Of a stretch of 64,000 nucleotides of DNA, positions 62,920 to 64,000 are shown one piece after another (within the stretch, counting starts at the first letter, position 1; each line of letters starts with the position of its first letter). A program made the translations under genes and the position numbers. The DNA is from an uncultured Planctomycetota bacterium (GTDB taxonomy: Bacteria > Planctomycetota > Planctomycetia > Isosphaerales > Isosphaeraceae): assembly GCA_963823665.1 (NCBI GenBank), contig CAWGMQ010000008.1:1696001-1760000 (forward strand). The letters are read 5' to 3'. The notes beneath the pieces were generated by a model. The model did no database searches and was not told the origin of the DNA. It was given only the letters and a program-made list of their open reading frames with translations.

Positions 62920-64000
62920 ATGATCGGATCGCCGCTCGTTGTGCTAGCGATTCTGGTGGGTCAGACCGCGGTGCCGAAGGAAGCAGGGGAAAAGCCGAAA
63001 TCGGCGGCAAAGCAGGGCGCCAGCGTCGAATCTGAGAAAGCGGTTTCGGAATACAACATCCTGAAAGCGAAAACGCCGATGACCGCCGCGGCGCGGTGGA
63101 AGCTACGCGCTGTGGTGTGAAGAGCATGGCTTGAAGGATCTCGCGTACGTGCATCTGGGCGAGGTGATTTCGCTTGATCCGGGCCGGGACGCGGCCTGGC
63201 GCAAGCTTGGATTTAAAAAGCAAGGCAACCGCTGGGCGAGCGAAGCGGAGATCGCCGAGGACCTTGAACAGAAGAAGGCGGACAAGCGCTGGGGGCCGGT
63301 GCTGAAGAAGGTGCACAAGGATATTCACGGCGGCAATGGCAAAGCCAAAAGAGTGCTGGCCGAGGCCGAGCTGAACAAGATCACCGATCCCAATGCCGTT
63401 GTGCCGGCTTACCGTGAGTTTGGTGGAGGCGGCGGAGACCGACCAGTGGCTCATGATCGACTTTTTGCGGCGGATCGAAAAGCCTATGTCTTCAAAGGTT
63501 TTGGCCCTGATTTCTGTCTATGGCAAGTCGAAGGACATTCGCCGGCGCACGACGGATGTTCTGCGCGGCAGGCCGAGCGACGATTTCATCGAGGTGTTGG
63601 TCGCGCTGATGACCGACGAGTACAAGTATGAAGTGAAGCCGGTCGGCGGCCCGGGGTCGCCGGGAGTCTTGTTCGTGGAGGGCGAGAAGTTCAACGTGAG
63701 CCGGTTTTACGCGCCACCCGCTGCGCCCAATATCGTCCCGCAGCCTGGCGACTTCATCACGTACGATCAATTTGGCGAGCCGATCATCAACCGGCCAATC
63801 GCGGAGTTCAAAGGCGGACCTGCAAAACCGCTGGGCCCGCGCGGCATGCTCGGGCAAAAGGAGATTGTTGATTTTGCTCAGATTTCGCCGTCCCAGCTCA
63901 AAATGGAAGCGGAGCGGGGTGCGGTCGCGGCAGGCAGGCAGCTCGATCAAGACGTCGACATGATCAAGTCGATCAACAAGCAACTCAAGGAGTTCAACGA
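62920..64000 (+). CDS. Array copy 4, with frameshifts near 63106 and 63434; runs off the window
   Basis: Starts 1346 bp after copy 3; paralogous sequence continues across three frames. Confidence 0.75.

Larger units (their letters stand above)
60162..62922 (+). repeat. Conserved ~62-bp intergenic spacer with a hairpin, 3 copies (about 60165-60227, 61512-61573, 62858-62919)
   Basis: TGACC..GCTTCCG-GT(C/T)-CGGAAGC..TTGGTTGCGGAGGTTTTGAGATG occurs in each gap. Confidence 0.85.

Overview
GC-rich bacterial DNA, most likely from a planctomycete of the Isosphaeraceae type. This is inferred from a LEPR-xLL N-terminal motif, an ECF sigma factor with a long C-terminal extension, and typical secreted helical-repeat paralogs. 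Scattered 1-bp indels, densest at about 18-31 kb, look like uncorrected long-read errors, so several genes are split across frames. Layout: (1) 1-15 kb, two giant surface proteins with perfect internal tandem repeats and a shared lysine-rich C-terminal domain. One carries an internal RHS/YD barrel; the other is CAP + Calx-beta + Ig repeats. (2) 16.5-34.7 kb, a minus-strand PfaA-like iterative PKS/secondary-lipid operon: 2xER-KS-AT-ACP-KR; KS(Cys->Ser)-AT-DH-PPTase; free ACP; hydrolase; SDR; two methyltransferases; ABC exporter. (3) 35-58 kb, accessory genes: ECF-sigma/thioredoxin fusion, ECF/membrane pair, two CrtI-family desaturases divergent from a CarH-like regulator lacking the cobalt-ligating His, a GNAT toxin with an unusual antitoxin, hydrolases, an AGMO-like desaturase and SppA. 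(4) 58.8-64 kb, a tandem array of at least 4 mosaic secreted paralogs with conserved hairpin spacers and non-synonymous-rich variable segments. No rRNA, tRNA, CRISPR array, transposase or integrase was recognised.
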